A stretch of DNA of 64,000 nt, taken from assembly GCA_963794255.1 (NCBI GenBank), contig CAWCDC010000010.1:206033-270032 (forward strand), written 5' to 3'. Under the pieces are notes generated by a model. It was not told where the DNA came from, searched no databases, and saw only the letters and a list, made by a program, of their open reading frames with translations. Shown piece by piece: positions 22,853 through 33,227 of the stretch (the first letter of the stretch is position 1; the number at the start of each line of letters is the position of its first letter). Origin of the DNA: an uncultured Actinomycetes bacterium. GTDB taxonomy: Bacteria; Actinomycetota; Thermoleophilia; Gaiellales; Gaiellaceae. Position numbers and translations under genes: made by a program.

Positions 22853-24862
22853 CTACGCCGCGGTCTGCTCCAGCGCCTGCAGGTCTCGGCGCAGGTCCTT
22901 GACCTCGTCGCGGAGCTTCGCCGCGTACTCGAACCGCAGCTCCTCGGCGGCGAGGTACATCTCCTCCTCGAGCGTTACGACGAGCTTCTCGAGGTCCTCG
23001 CGCGACATTCCCTCCACCTTCGTCGCGCCGCGACGACGCCGCGATGACGGCACCGTCGGCGACTCGAGCTGCAGCAGCTCGGCAATGTCGGAGACACCCT
23101 TCGCGATCGTCTCCGGCACGATCCCGTGCTCTTCGTTGTACGCGAGCTGGACGGCGCGACGGCGGTTCGTCTCGTCGAGCGCCTCCTTGATCGCCTCGGT
23201 CTGCTTGTCGGCGTACATCAGCACCTTGCCGTTGACGTTCCGCGCCGCGCGGCCGATCGTCTGGATCAGGCTCGTCCGCCCGCGCAGGAAACCCTCCTTG
23301 TCGGCGTCGAGGATCGCGACGAGCGACACCTCGGGCAGGTCGAGCCCTTCGCGCAGGAGGTTGACGCCCACCAGGACGTCGAACTCGCCGAGCCGCAGGT
23401 CGCGAATGATCTGGATCCGCTCGATCGTGTCGATCTCGGAGTGGAGATAGCGCGCCTTGACGCCCGACTCCAGCAGGTAGTCGGTGAGGTCCTCCGCCAT
23501 CTTCTTGGTCAGCGTCGTGACGAGGACGCGCTCGCCGGCCGCCTCGCGCGTGCGGATCTCGCCGAGCAGGTCGTCGATCTGGTTCTTGGTCGCGCGCAGG
23601 TCGACGTCGGGATCGACGATGCCGGTGGGGCGAATCAGCTGCTCGGCCACCACCGTCGAGTTGCGCAGCTCGAACGGCCCCGGCGTCGCCGAGACGAAGA
23701 CGAGCTGCGGCACCTTGCGCAGGAACTCGTCGAAGCGCAGCGGCCGGTTGTCGAGCGCCGAGGGCAGTCGGAAGCCGAAGTCGACGAGCGTCTGCTTCCG
23801 CGACCGGTCGCCCTCGTGCATGCCGCCCAGCTGAGGCACGGTCTGGTGAGACTCGTCGACGAAGACCACGAAATCGTCCGCGAAGTAGTCGAGCAGCGTG
23901 AACGGGTGCGTCCCCGCGGCACGGCCTTCCAGGATGCGCGAGTAGTTCTCGATCCCGTTGCAGAAGCCGAGCTCCTTGAGCATCTCGAGGTCGTACTCGG
24001 TGCGCTGCCTGATCCGGTGCGCCTCGAGCAGCTTCCCCTCCTCTTCGAAGCGAGCGACCTGTGCGTTCATCTCGGCGCGGATCTCGTCGACGGCCCGCTC
24101 GACGGTCGGTTGCGAGGTGACGTACTCGGTCGCGGGCCAGATCGAGAGGTTGTCGAGCTTCGCGAGCACCTCGCCGGTGAGGGGATCGAAGTGCGTCATC
24201 CCCTCCACCTCGTCGCCGAAGAAGGAAATGCGGTACGCGGTCTCCTGGTTCGCCGGCTGCACCTCGACGACGTCGCCTTTCACGCGGAAGCGCCCGCGCC
24301 CGAGCATGGTGTCGTTGCGGACGTACTGCGAGTCGATGAGCTTGCGCAGCATGAGGTCGCGGTCGTGCTCGGCGCCGACCTCGACGTAGATCATCCGCTC
24401 GCGCCATTCCTCGGGCGAGCCGAGCCCGTAGATGCAGGAGACCGACGCGACCACGACCACGTCGCGGCGGGTGAAGAGCGACGAGGTCGCCGCGAGCCGC
24501 AGCCGCGCGATGTCGTCGTTTCGCGACGAGTCCTTTTCGATGTAGAGGTCGGCCTGAGGCACATACGCCTCGGGCTGGTAGTAGTCGTAGTAGGAGACGA
24601 AGTACTCGACGGCGTTGTGCGGGAAGAACTCCCGGAACTCATTGCAGAGCTGCGCCGCGAGCGTCTTGTTGTGGGCGATCACGAGCGCCGGCCGGCCGGT
24701 CTTCTCGATCGTCCAGGCCATGGTCGCCGTCTTGCCGGTGCCGGTCGCGCCGACGAGCGTCTGGAACTTCTCGCCGGCGAGGATCCCGTCGGCGAGCTTG
24801 TCGATCGCCCGCGGCTGGTCGCCGGTCGGGCTGTAGTCGGAGGTCGTGCGTAGCTCGGCCAT
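22853..24862 (-). CDS. uvrB: excinuclease ABC subunit B
   Basis: [55 protein letters not shown].., with C-terminal UVR motif ..[16 protein letters not shown]. Intact. The longer ORF 22853..25153 is treated as an upstream read-through. Confidence 0.97.
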   Translation of the reverse strand: MAELRTTSDYSPTGDQPRAIDKLADGILAGEKFQTLVGATGTGKTATMAWTIEKTGRPALVIAHNKTLAAQLCNEFREFFPHNAVEYFVSYYDYYQPEAYVPQADLYIEKDSSRNDDIARLRLAATSSLFTRRDVVVVASVSCIYGLGSPEEWRERMIYVEVGAEHDRDLMLRKLIDSQYVRNDTMLGRGRFRVKGDVVEVQPANQETAYRISFFGDEVEGMTHFDPLTGEVLAKLDNLSIWPATEYVTSQPTVERAVDEIRAEMNAQVARFEEEGKLLEAHRIRQRTEYDLEMLKELGFCNGIENYSRILEGRAAGTHPFTLLDYFADDFVVFVDESHQTVPQLGGMHEGDRSRKQTLVDFGFRLPSALDNRPLRFDEFLRKVPQLVFVSATPGPFELRNSTVVAEQLIRPTGIVDPDVDLRATKNQIDDLLGEIRTREAAGERVLVTTLTKKMAEDLTDYLLESGVKARYLHSEIDTIERIQIIRDLRLGEFDVLVGVNLLREGLDLPEVSLVAILDADKEGFLRGRTSLIQTIGRAARNVNGKVLMYADKQTEAIKEALDETNRRRAVQLAYNEEHGIVPETIAKGVSDIAELLQLESPTVPSSRRRRGATKVEGMSREDLEKLVVTLEEEMYLAAEELRFEYAAKLRDEVKDLRRDLQALEQTAA

Positions 24863-24918
24863 TGGCGACAGGGTATCTCCGGCCAGCGGCCGCACCGGGC
24901 CGCGCCGGCCGGCGAGCG

Positions 24919-24953
24919 TCGTCAGACGCGAGGACGCTGGCCCAGGTCTCCGT
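24919..24953 (-). repeat. repeat family copy R2, subtype II, inverted orientation
   Basis: The reverse complement ACGGAGACCTGGGCCAGCGTCCTCGCGTCTGACGA shares the 16-mer CCTGGGCCAGCGTCCT and the ..CTGACG tail with R8 (39523-39556). Confidence 0.65.
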
Positions 24954-24967
24954 CCTCCCACCCGGCT

Positions 24968-25246
24968 GTGACAGTCCGCCGTTCCGTGCCGTACTTGATA
25001 CAGGTGACACGGCTCGCCCTCACTCCACTTCGGCTCGCGATCGCGGCAGCTGTTATTGCCGTGGCGACGGTTGCTGCGGTCTGGATCGCTACGTATCGCC
25101 AGTCGAATCCCTGGAACGGGCCAGCGGAGAACACGGCCAGGTTTCACTACCACCCCTTTACCTCGCCCGCCTGGACGACTCCGATCGCGGCGCTTGTAGG
25201 AGTCGCCGCCGTCGGCGCGGCTGCTCTCGTCCTGCGCCGCCGTTAG
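24968..25246 (+). CDS. hypothetical two-TM small protein filling the space between repeats R2 and R3
   Basis: GTG start. [28 protein letters not shown] and [20 protein letters not shown]. Third-position G+C is visibly lower than in neighbouring genes. No family recognised. Confidence 0.4.
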   Translation: MTVRRSVPYLIQVTRLALTPLRLAIAAAVIAVATVAAVWIATYRQSNPWNGPAENTARFHYHPFTSPAWTTPIAALVGVAAVGAAALVLRRR

Positions 25247-25252
25247 CTACCG

Positions 25253-25292
25253 CTCAGGGGTCATTCCGGAACACCTGCCCACGCGAGAGTCC
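25253..25292 (-). repeat. repeat family copy R3, subtype I, inverted orientation
   Basis: The reverse complement GGACTCTCGCGTGGGCAGGTGTTCCGGAATGACCCCTGAG shares the 14-mer TGTTCCGGAATGAC with R6. Confidence 0.7.
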
Positions 25293-25329
25293 TACGGTCC
25301 GACGGTGATTCCTGCGGTCGATCCTGTGC

Positions 25330-26439
25330 TCAGCTGCCGAACGAGATCACGCTGCGGATCCCGTCCTGCGCGTGCATCAGGTCGAAGCCGCGGTTGACCT
25401 CGTCAAGTGAGATCGTGTGGGAGATGAGCGGATCGACGTCGATGTCGCCGGCGAGATAGCGCTCCACGAACTGCGGCACCTGGTCGCGTCCCTTCACGCC
25501 CCCGAACGACGAGCCGGCGACGCGGCGGCCGGTGATGAGGAATCGCGGCACGACGTCGAGCGTCTCCCCCTTTCCCGCGACGCCGCAGACCGTCGCGAGG
25601 CCCCAGCCCATGCGCGCCGACTCCACGGCCTGGCGCATGACGGCGACGATGCCCGTCGCCTCGAACGTGTAGTCCGCGCCGAAACCGCCGGTCAGCTCGA
25701 GGATCTGCTCCACGACCTCCGGCCCGCCGGTGAACGTGTCGGTCGCGCCCTGGCCGCGGGCCAGCTGGAGCCGCTGCTCGGCCGGATCGACACAGACGAT
25801 TCGCTCCGCCCCTGCGAGCCGGCAGCCCGCGACGGCTCCGAGCCCCACCAGCCCCGCACCGAAGACGACGCAGGTCGACCCGGGCTCGACCTTCGCGGTG
25901 TTCACGGCAGCGCCCAGCCCGGTCGAGAGCCCGCAGGCGAAGACACACGCGCGGTCGAGCGGAGCCTCCGGCGAGATCTTCGCGAGCGCGATCTCCGGCA
26001 TCACCGTGTACTCGGCGAACGTCGAGGTGCCCATGAAGTGCCGGATCGGCTCGCCGTCGCGCGAAAGACGTGTCGTGCCGTCGGGGAGAAAGCCCTGGTT
26101 CTGCTGCTCGCGGATCGCCAGGCAGAGGTTCGTGCGGGGGTCGCGGCAATGGATGCATTCGCGGCACTGCGGCGAGAAGAGCGTCACGACGTGGTCGCCC
26201 GGGGCCAGCGAGGCGACGCCGTCACCGACCTTCTCCACCACGCCCGCACCCTCGTGGCCGAGCACCGTCGGGGAGTAGCCGGACGGATCGGCACCCGACG
26301 CCGTGTACAGGTCCGTGTGACACACGCCGCAGGCGACGAGGCGCACGAGAACCTCACCCGTCCTCGGCTCGGCCAGGTCGACCTCCTGCACCTCGAGCGG
26401 CTTGCCGAACTCCTCGAGTACCGCAGCGCGAATCTTCAT
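25330..26439 (-). CDS. zinc-dependent alcohol dehydrogenase, class III-like (possibly a thiol-formaldehyde dehydrogenase)
   Basis: Intact 369-aa ORF: VACGVCHTDLY, LGHEGAGVVEKVG, structural-zinc Cys cluster CRECIHCRDPRTNLC, VFGAGLVGLG. Confidence 0.9.
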   Translation of the reverse strand: MKIRAAVLEEFGKPLEVQEVDLAEPRTGEVLVRLVACGVCHTDLYTASGADPSGYSPTVLGHEGAGVVEKVGDGVASLAPGDHVVTLFSPQCRECIHCRDPRTNLCLAIREQQNQGFLPDGTTRLSRDGEPIRHFMGTSTFAEYTVMPEIALAKISPEAPLDRACVFACGLSTGLGAAVNTAKVEPGSTCVVFGAGLVGLGAVAGCRLAGAERIVCVDPAEQRLQLARGQGATDTFTGGPEVVEQILELTGGFGADYTFEATGIVAVMRQAVESARMGWGLATVCGVAGKGETLDVVPRFLITGRRVAGSSFGGVKGRDQVPQFVERYLAGDIDVDPLISHTISLDEVNRGFDLMHAQDGIRSVISFGS

Positions 26440-26446
26440 GACGGAA

Positions 26447-26941
26447 TCAGTACCCGAGTTGGGAAGGGTACGTGCGGCGGTAGATCTTCTTCAGCCGCTC
26501 GACCTTGTCGACGTAGTCGCGCGTCTCTTCGAACTGGATGCCGACGTGCTCTCGCTGCCAGCGGTCGACGTTGTCCTCGCCGGCGTTGTACGCGGCGAGC
26601 GCAAGCCGCTCGTTGCCGTCGTACCGCTTGAGGAGGTGGCCGAGGTACCACGCGCCGTAGCGCATGTTGATGTCCGGGTTCGTCAGATCGGTGACGCGAA
26701 AACGGCTGCCGCCGGTGTACTGCGCGATGCCCTTGGCGGTGTTCGGCGTCAGCTGCATGAGGCCCACGGCACCGGCATCCGAGCGGGCGGTGGCGTCGAA
26801 CTTGCTCTCGGTCTCGATCACGGCCGCGAGCAGCGCCGGGTCGAGGTGGTCCTGCGACGCGTAGACGCGGACATTCGTCGAGTAGCGAAGCGGATACCAG
26901 AGCCGCGCGTACCAGGGCGGCTCGGTCCGCTGGAGGTACAC
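26447..26941 (-). CDS. lytic transglycosylase (SLT domain); N-terminal TM anchor probably lies upstream to about 26990 in another frame
   Basis: AVIETESKFD..GAVGLMQLTPNTA..YGAWYL..ALAAYNAGEDNV. The upstream frame reads RRWVIAAAVLAGG. Confidence 0.8.
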   Translation of the reverse strand: MYLQRTEPPWYARLWYPLRYSTNVRVYASQDHLDPALLAAVIETESKFDATARSDAGAVGLMQLTPNTAKGIAQYTGGSRFRVTDLTNPDINMRYGAWYLGHLLKRYDGNERLALAAYNAGEDNVDRWQREHVGIQFEETRDYVDKVERLKKIYRRTYPSQLGY

Positions 26942-26992
26942 GAACGCCCCGAGCGCCGCCAGCGAGGACCGCGGCCGCGATGACCCAGCGCC

Positions 26993-27559
26993 TCAGGAGC
27001 GCAGCTCCTCCAGCAGCCCGGCGACCCAGGCGTCGATCTCCTCGAGCGACCCGTCGTTCACGTAGGAGAAGTCCGCGCGCCGCACCTTCTCATTCTCGGG
27101 CACGAGTCGGCCCTCTCTCTCGGCCACGCCCTCGCGGCGCGCCTCCCGCACCTCGGGCGGCGCCGTCACGACGACGACGCGGTCGAACCGCTTCTCGCCG
27201 CCGGTCTCGAAAAGCAGCGGGATCTCGGCGACTGCGACGTCGGCGGTCTGCTCGTCGAGCCAGGCGTCGGTCGCGGCCCGGACGCGCGGATGCAGCTCGG
27301 ACTCGAGCCAGGCGAGCTCGGCTCGGTCGGCGAACACGATGCGGCCGATCTCGGACCGGTCGACCTCGCCGTCGCTGAAGACGCGGTCGCCCCAGCGCTC
27401 GCGCATCGCCGCCTGCAGGCCTTCGTCCTCGCGGTAGAGGCGGTGGACGACGTCGTCGGTCGAGATCACCGCTGCGCCGTGCCGCGCGAACGCGCGCAGG
27501 GCCTCGCTTTTTCCGGCCGCGATTCCGCCCGTGAGCGCGACCGCGAGCGGCCGCTTCAC
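26993..27559 (-). CDS. coaE: dephospho-CoA kinase
   Basis: Intact ORF: VALTGGIAAGKSEA..VISTDDVVHRLY.. ..EIPLLFETG. Confidence 0.9.
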   Translation of the reverse strand: MKRPLAVALTGGIAAGKSEALRAFARHGAAVISTDDVVHRLYREDEGLQAAMRERWGDRVFSDGEVDRSEIGRIVFADRAELAWLESELHPRVRAATDAWLDEQTADVAVAEIPLLFETGGEKRFDRVVVVTAPPEVREARREGVAEREGRLVPENEKVRRADFSYVNDGSLEEIDAWVAGLLEELRS

Positions 27560-29087
27560 TACTCGGTCGGCTCGGCCTCGTCGGAGGCGTCGGCTTCGGG
27601 CGCCTCGGCCTCGGCGGCCGGCTCCTCACCTCGACCTCTGCCTCGGGCTCGGCCTCCGCAGCAGGCTCTTCTTCGGTCGCAGGCTCTTCCTCGACGACCT
27701 CGGCCTCGATGACCTCGGCCTCGCCGGCAGGCTCTTCCTCGGCCGCCGGCTCTTCCTCGGCGGCCGGCTCTTCCTCGACGACCTCGGCCTCGATGATCTC
27801 GGCTTCGCCGGCAGGCTCTTCCCCGACGAGCTCGACTTCGGTCTCGACGCGGGCTCTTCCGCGGCCGGAACCTCGAGCGCCTCGGCGGCGGGAACCTCGT
27901 CGGCGAAGACTTCGTCGGAGAGCCCGAGCGCGGGCGGTTCGCCCTCCTCGCCGGGCAACGGCTGCACCGGCTGCCCCTCCTCGACCCGCTTGAGCGAGAG
28001 CGAGAGGCGCCGCCGGTCGGCGTCGACCTCGAGGATGCGGACATTGACCTGGTCGCCCTGCGAGACGATCTCGCGCGGGTTCTCGACGTGGTGCTGCGCG
28101 AGCTCGGAGATGTGGACGAGGCCCTCGACGCCCGGCAGGATCTCGACGAAGGCGCCGAACGTGACGACCTTCGTCACCGTGCCCTGCACGACGTCGCCCT
28201 CCTGGTAGCTCTCGAGCACCTGCTGCCACGGGTCGGTCTGCGTCTGCTTGAGGCCGAGCGAGATCCGCTGCCGCTCGCGGTCGATGTCGAGCACCTGAAC
28301 GCTTGACCGTCTGGCCGATCTCGAGCACCTCGGACGGATGGTTGACGTGGCTCCACGAAAGCTCGGAGATGTGGATGAGGCCGTCCATCCCGTCGAGGTC
28401 GACGAAGGCGCCGAAGTCGACGATGTTGGAGATCGTCCCCTCGACCACGTCGCCCGGGTTGAGGCGGTCGAGGATCCGCTGCCGCTGCTCCTTGCGCTCC
28501 TCTTCGAGGACGGCGCGGCGCGAGAGGACGACGTTGTTGCGCGAGCGGTTGAGCTCGATGACCTTGCACTCGAGCTCCTGGCCGAGGAACTCGTCGAGGT
28601 CCTGGACGCGGCGGATGTCGACGAGCGACGCGGGCAGGAAGCCGCGCACGCCGAGGTCGAGGATCAGGCCGCCCTTGACGACCTCGATCACGCGGCCGGT
28701 GACCGGCTCGCCCTTCTCGTGGGCGCTCTCGATCGCCTTCCACGCGATCTCGAACCGCGCGCGCTTCTTGGAGAGGATCAGCCGGCCTTCGGCGTCCTCC
28801 TTCGTCAAGACGAGCGCCGCGATGTCGTCGCCGAGCGAGACCTCGTCGGCCGGGTTGATCGAGCGCCGGATCGAGAGCTCCGAGACCGGGATGACGCCCT
28901 CCGACTTGTAGCCGATGTCGACGAGCACCTCGTCCTTGTCGACGCGGACGACGGTGCCGTTCACGACCTGCCCCTCCTCGATCGTGGGGAAGGTGGACTC
29001 GTAGTCGGGGACTAGCTCGCCGCTCTCGGGGTCGGTCGTCCAGACGCCTTCCTCGAGCCGCGGATCGTTGATGGTCTCGTTCGCCAT
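27559..29087 (-). CDS. rpsA: 30S ribosomal protein S1 with an acidic C-terminal extension (frame breaks near 28300 and in the tail)
   Basis: MANETINDP..VVNGTVVRVDKDEVLVDIGYKSEGVIP.., with repeated S1 motifs (GLIHISELSW, GLVHISELAQ). Read across ORFs 27090..29099, 27626..28294 and 27559..28044. Confidence 0.9.
27682..27823. repeat. 57-bp imperfect direct repeat (2 copies, 85-bp period) inside the S1 acidic tail coding region
   Basis: GGCTCTTCCTCGACGACCTCGGCCTCGATGAYCTCGGCYTCGCCGGCAGGCTCTTCC at 27682-27738 and 27767-27823. It encodes EEPAGEAE(V/I)IEAEVVEE units. Confidence 0.7.
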
Positions 29088-29140
29088 GCGGCGGGTCAAT
29101 ATAGCTGGGCTATCCGGGCCTCGGGGCTACGCTGCCCCGG

Positions 29141-30362
29141 ATGGAGGAGCGCTATCCGATCGGCGTCACGCCCACGTGCGCGGTGCACGTCGTGCGCCAC
29201 GACGGCCCGGAAGCCGCCTACGGGAGCTGGTCGGCGACGATCGGCCTCCGCAGCGGCGAGGCGACGATCCGCGTGCCCGGCCACTACGCGGGCGTCCTCG
29301 CGGAGCGGCTCGGCGCGGCGGTGGAGCGGTTCGTCCCGGGCAGCGGCTCGCGAGAGACGAATATCTCGACGTGACCGCACTCGCAACAGACGAGGTCGAG
29401 ACGCTTGCGCTCTCCTCCACGGCCCGCTCGCCGGTGCGCGTGACGCTCGAGGTGCCGCGAGACGAGGTCGAGCTGCTCGCGTCGCTGCTCGCCGACGCAC
29501 AGCATCTGATCGAGACGCTGCGCCAGGGACTCGGGCTGGTGCCGGACTCGCTGCCGGAGATGACTGTGAGCGCGTTGCTCGACTACGCCACGGCGGGCGC
29601 CCGGGTCGCGGAGCGCGCGCTCGTGCAGCGGCCGCGGCTGGGACGCGAGGAGCGGCTCGTCTTCGTCGTCGGCTGCCCCCGCTCGGGGACGACGTTCGTC
29701 GGCCGCGCGATCGGCGGGCTGCCGGGCTTCGTCGACTTCGGGGAGGTGACGCCGTGGAAGGCGGCGCTGCCGCACCGATCCTTCGGCGGCCGACCTGCGG
29801 CGGATCCTCGAGCGCATCCGGCGTCTCGGTCTCGCCTGGGGCCTGCGCGGCGTCGAGCAGACTCCCGAGACGGCGCACGTGCTCGCCGCCGCCCTCGAGG
29901 CCTATCCGCAGGCGCTCGCCGTGCACGCGGTGCGCGACGGCCGCGACGTCGTCTGCTCGCTGCTCGAACGCGGCTGGCTGAACGCGGACCAGGACCGGCA
30001 AGGACGACGCGGGCCTCCCCTACGGGGCCGAGCCGCGCTTCTGGGTCGAGCCCGAGCGGCGCGACGAGTTCGCGCACGTCAGCGACGCCCGCCGCTGCGC
30101 GTGGGCGTGGCGGCGCTACGTCGAAGCCGTGCGGGCGGCCGACGCCGGCGACCGCCTGCTCGAGATCCGCTACGAGGGGCTCGCGGGCGCGGCAGACCGG
30201 CTCGCCGGGTTTCTCGGCGCGAACGTCGCCTCGACGCACAAGGCGCTCGACAGCTTCCGCGACTCGTCGATCGGCCGCTGGCGCCGGGAACTGACGCCCG
30301 AACAGGTCGCCGACGTCGAGGCGGAGGCGGGCCCGCTGCTCGCCGAGCTCGGCTACACCTAG
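29141..30362 (+). CDS. sulfotransferase-family protein with an N-terminal extra domain (about 3-4 frame breaks)
   Basis: VFVVGCPRSGTTFVGRAIGGLPGF (PAPS 5-prime-phosphosulfate loop-like), ..AVHAVRDGRDVVCSLLERGW.., and C-terminus ..LLEIRYEGL..SIGRWRRELTPEQV (ORF 30129..30362). Confidence 0.55.
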
Positions 30363-30531
30363 GCGCTCCGCGAAACGCGCGTCGTAGAGTCGCGCCATCG
30401 ACCGACGCGAATTCGTTGAGCGGGCAGCGGGTGTCGCGCTGGGAGCCGGCGCCCTCGGGATCCTCTCCGGCTTTCGGCTGGATACGCCGACTGGTCCATT
30501 CCGCGAGCTCGCGCGCGAGCTGGAGGGGACT

Positions 30532-31875
30532 GTGGTGACTCCGGCGAGCCCCGCCTACCGACGCGACAAGTTGCTGGTCGACAGCCGCTTCGACGGGACG
30601 CACCCGCGGGCGATCGTGTACTGCGAGTCGGCCACCGATGTCGAGAAGACGGTCCGCTGGGCGCGAAAACACGCAATCCACCTCGTCCCCCGTTGCGGTG
30701 GCCACTCCTACGCGGGTTACTCGACCACGAGCAAGGGAGTCGTCGTCGACGTCTCGCGGATGCACCGTGTCCACCTGCGCGACGGCGTCGCCACGGTCGA
30801 TGCGGGCGCCCGCCTGATCGACGTCTACGCGCCGCTCGCGGCACACGGCCACACGATCCCCGCCGGCTCTTGCCCGACGGTCGGGATCGCCGGCCACGCG
30901 CAAGGAGGCGGGGTCGGCTACGCAGGGCGCAAGCTCGGCTTGACGTGCGACAACGTCGTCGGCCTCTCGCTCGTCACCGCCGCCGGAAAGCTCCTCGAGT
31001 GCAGCGAGCACGAGCACGCGGATCTCTTCTGGGCGTGCCGCGGAGGAGGCGGCGGGAACTTCGGGGTCGTCACGAGCTTCGAGTTTCGGACGCACCGGGT
31101 CCGAGACGTCTCGTACTACCAGGTCGTCTGGCCCTGGTCCGACGCCGCACGCGCCGTCGAGGCGTGGCAGCACTTCGCACCGCATGCTCCCGACGCCCTG
31201 TACGCGTCGCTCTACCTGGCGACGGACGCGCCCCGTGGCCCGGGAACCGAGCCATTCATCAGCTCGGGCGGCCAGTTCTTCGGCACCGAGGGCGAGCTGC
31301 GGTCGCTGCTCGCCCCGCTCGTCGCCGCGGGAACGCCGCGCAGCGTGACGGTCGGCACGCTCTCGTACATCGACGCCATCGAACGCTGGGCGGGCTGTCA
31401 CCCGCTCGAGCAGTGCCGGATCGTGGGGCGTCAACGGTTCAAGGGCAAGTCGGACTACATCAAGGCGCCGCTCACGCGCGCCGGAATCCGGACGTTGCTC
31501 GCAGGCCTCGAGGCGACCCAGGCAAGTACGTCCCTTGGCGGCGCCGCCCTGATCTGCGACGCGTACGGCGGCGCGATCAACCGTGTCCAGCCGGCCGAGA
31601 CAGCCTTCGTCCACCGCCACACGCTGTTCTCGATCCAGTATTTCTCGAGCTGGGCAGGCGACGGCTCCGGCGATCTCCGCTGGCTCCGGAGGCTCTATGC
31701 AGCGATGCGGCCGTACGTCTCCGGATTCGCGTATCAGAACTACATCGATCCGGATCTCAGGTCCTGGGAGCACGCGTACTACGGCTCGAACCTACGCCGC
31801 CTCGTCGAGGTGAAGCGGAAGCACGACCCGGGCAATTTCTTCCACTTCCCGCAGAGCATCCCCAGACGCGTCTAG
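30532..31875 (+). CDS. FAD-linked oxidase, berberine-bridge-enzyme-like; a probable Tat leader upstream (from about 30396) lacks a canonical start in frame
   Basis: Intact 447-aa ORF: VPRCGGHSYAGYS, GSCPTVGIAGHAQGGG, C-terminal BBE-like ..VEVKRKHDPGNFFHFPQSI. The in-frame upstream sequence reads IDRREFVERAAGVALGAGALGILSG. Confidence 0.85.
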   Translation: MVTPASPAYRRDKLLVDSRFDGTHPRAIVYCESATDVEKTVRWARKHAIHLVPRCGGHSYAGYSTTSKGVVVDVSRMHRVHLRDGVATVDAGARLIDVYAPLAAHGHTIPAGSCPTVGIAGHAQGGGVGYAGRKLGLTCDNVVGLSLVTAAGKLLECSEHEHADLFWACRGGGGGNFGVVTSFEFRTHRVRDVSYYQVVWPWSDAARAVEAWQHFAPHAPDALYASLYLATDAPRGPGTEPFISSGGQFFGTEGELRSLLAPLVAAGTPRSVTVGTLSYIDAIERWAGCHPLEQCRIVGRQRFKGKSDYIKAPLTRAGIRTLLAGLEATQASTSLGGAALICDAYGGAINRVQPAETAFVHRHTLFSIQYFSSWAGDGSGDLRWLRRLYAAMRPYVSGFAYQNYIDPDLRSWEHAYYGSNLRRLVEVKRKHDPGNFFHFPQSIPRRV

Positions 31876-32171
31876 CCGGCGGGGGTGGCGATGATCTCCT
31901 GCAGCGCGGCCACGTGGGCGGCGAACCGCTCCCGGCCCAGCGGCGTGAGGCGCGCCCGCACCCGGCGGCGCCGCTCGCTCACCGGCCTCTCGATCACGAC
32001 GTAGCCGGCCTCCTCGAGGGTCGCGAGCTGCTTCGACAGAGCCGAGTCCGAGAGGCCGATGCGATCGCGGATGAACGCGAAGTCGGCCCAGTCGGCCGCG
32101 GCGAGGAGCGCCACGACCGACAGCCTCGTCGCCGGGTGGATCAGCTCGTCGAATCGGGCGCCATCGTTCAT
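31872..32171 (-). CDS. winged-helix transcriptional regulator (ArsR/MarR-like, HTH_34-type)
   Basis: MNDGARFDELIHPATRLSVVALLAAADWADFAFIRDRIGLSDSALSKQLATLEEAGYVVIE.. ATGA overlap with the upstream membrane-protein gene. Confidence 0.7.
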   Translation of the reverse strand: MNDGARFDELIHPATRLSVVALLAAADWADFAFIRDRIGLSDSALSKQLATLEEAGYVVIERPVSERRRRVRARLTPLGRERFAAHVAALQEIIATPAG

Positions 32172-32647
32172 GCGGCGGCTCGGCGAGTCGCGTCGTCCCG
32201 GATCGCAGTCATCAGACGCGGCCCGCCGAGCACGACCAGCACCGCGGCAAAGCAGCTCGCCCAGATCGACGGGTGACCGGCACCGTCGGCCGACAGACCC
32301 ACCGCTACGGCGATCGTCACGCCGACGAGCGCGAGCAGAAAGGCGATCACGAGCAGCATCCCGCGCTCTCTCGCGACGTCGCCGCGCACTCGTACGTCGC
32401 CGGTGCGCTGGCGGCCGGCCAGCACTCGTTGCGACACGGTCGCGTGTCCGGCGCCGACCGCGACCGTCGCGATGGTGACGACCCACCACGGCGCGTCGAA
32501 GTTGGCGAGCAGCCCGAGCACGATCCACGCAGCGGCGAGCCCCCACCAGTACCACCACGGCATCCCGATCTCGTCGACCACCTGCTGGCGCCCCTTGCGA
32601 ACCGACTCGAGCGCGAGCCGTGCCTCAGCTTCCGTTGGATAGTTCAT
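32168..32647 (-). CDS. hypothetical membrane protein co-transcribed with the HTH regulator
   Basis: Intact 159-aa ORF with 4 hydrophobic segments (WWYWWGLAAAWIVLGLL..). Confidence 0.55.
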   Translation of the reverse strand: MNYPTEAEARLALESVRKGRQQVVDEIGMPWWYWWGLAAAWIVLGLLANFDAPWWVVTIATVAVGAGHATVSQRVLAGRQRTGDVRVRGDVARERGMLLVIAFLLALVGVTIAVAVGLSADGAGHPSIWASCFAAVLVVLGGPRLMTAIRDDATRRAAA

Positions 32648-32718
32648 CCCGTTCCCCCCTTTACTTTCCTAGTCGGAAAGCCAGAGTAGACTTTCCCACC
32701 AGGAAAGTCAAGGGACCG

Positions 32719-33213
32719 CTAGCGGAGCAGCCGGAAGTACCGCGCGACCGGCAAGAGCGTGAAGCCCGCCGCCTCGTACGCGGCCCGCGCGGGCGCATGG
32801 CCCGGGTCGCCGCCGGTCTCGACGATCGCGATGTCCATGCCCTGCTCTCGCAGATAGTCGAGCGCGAACTTGGTCAGCTGCGAGCTGACGCCGCGGCGCT
32901 GATAGTCGGGATCCACTCCGATGATGTCGATCGCGCCCATGCGGTCGTGAAACGCGTCGAGCGAGACCGTGGCGAAGCCGACCGGACGCCCGTCGACAAC
33001 GGCCACGAAGGTGCTGTCCTCGCCCAGGCAGCTCGACCGGACGACTTCGCTCTGGCCGGCTCGCCAGTCCGGCTGCAGGCGCAGGAAGATCTCGTCCCCC
33101 AGCACTTCCCGTAAGGACGCGAAGACGGGAGCCCACGCACGGAGCGACAGTTCGACCACCGCGTCGAGGTCATCCGGCCGGAACGGTCGGATCTCGATCT
33201 CCGCACGTGCCAC
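32719..33213 (-). CDS. GNAT-family N-acetyltransferase
   Basis: Intact ORF: ..IDIIGVDPDYQRRGVSSQLTKFAL..AAYEAAGF. Confidence 0.85.
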   Translation of the reverse strand: MARAEIEIRPFRPDDLDAVVELSLRAWAPVFASLREVLGDEIFLRLQPDWRAGQSEVVRSSCLGEDSTFVAVVDGRPVGFATVSLDAFHDRMGAIDIIGVDPDYQRRGVSSQLTKFALDYLREQGMDIAIVETGGDPGHAPARAAYEAAGFTLLPVARYFRLLR

Positions 33214-33227
33214 AGCGGTGCCCGTGG

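Noticed and set aside
22853-25153. N-terminal 97-codon extension of the uvrB ORF
   Set aside because: Canonical UvrB begins at [10 protein letters not shown] (24862). The extension crosses repeat R2 and the small-ORF unit and has no protein-like features.
27682-27823. Regularly spaced direct repeats that could suggest a CRISPR array or tandem-repeat locus
   Set aside because: There are only two copies, both inside the rpsA coding region, and they encode the repetitive acidic tail (EEPAGEAE(V/I)IEAEVVEE). There is no spacer/repeat alternation and no cas genes.
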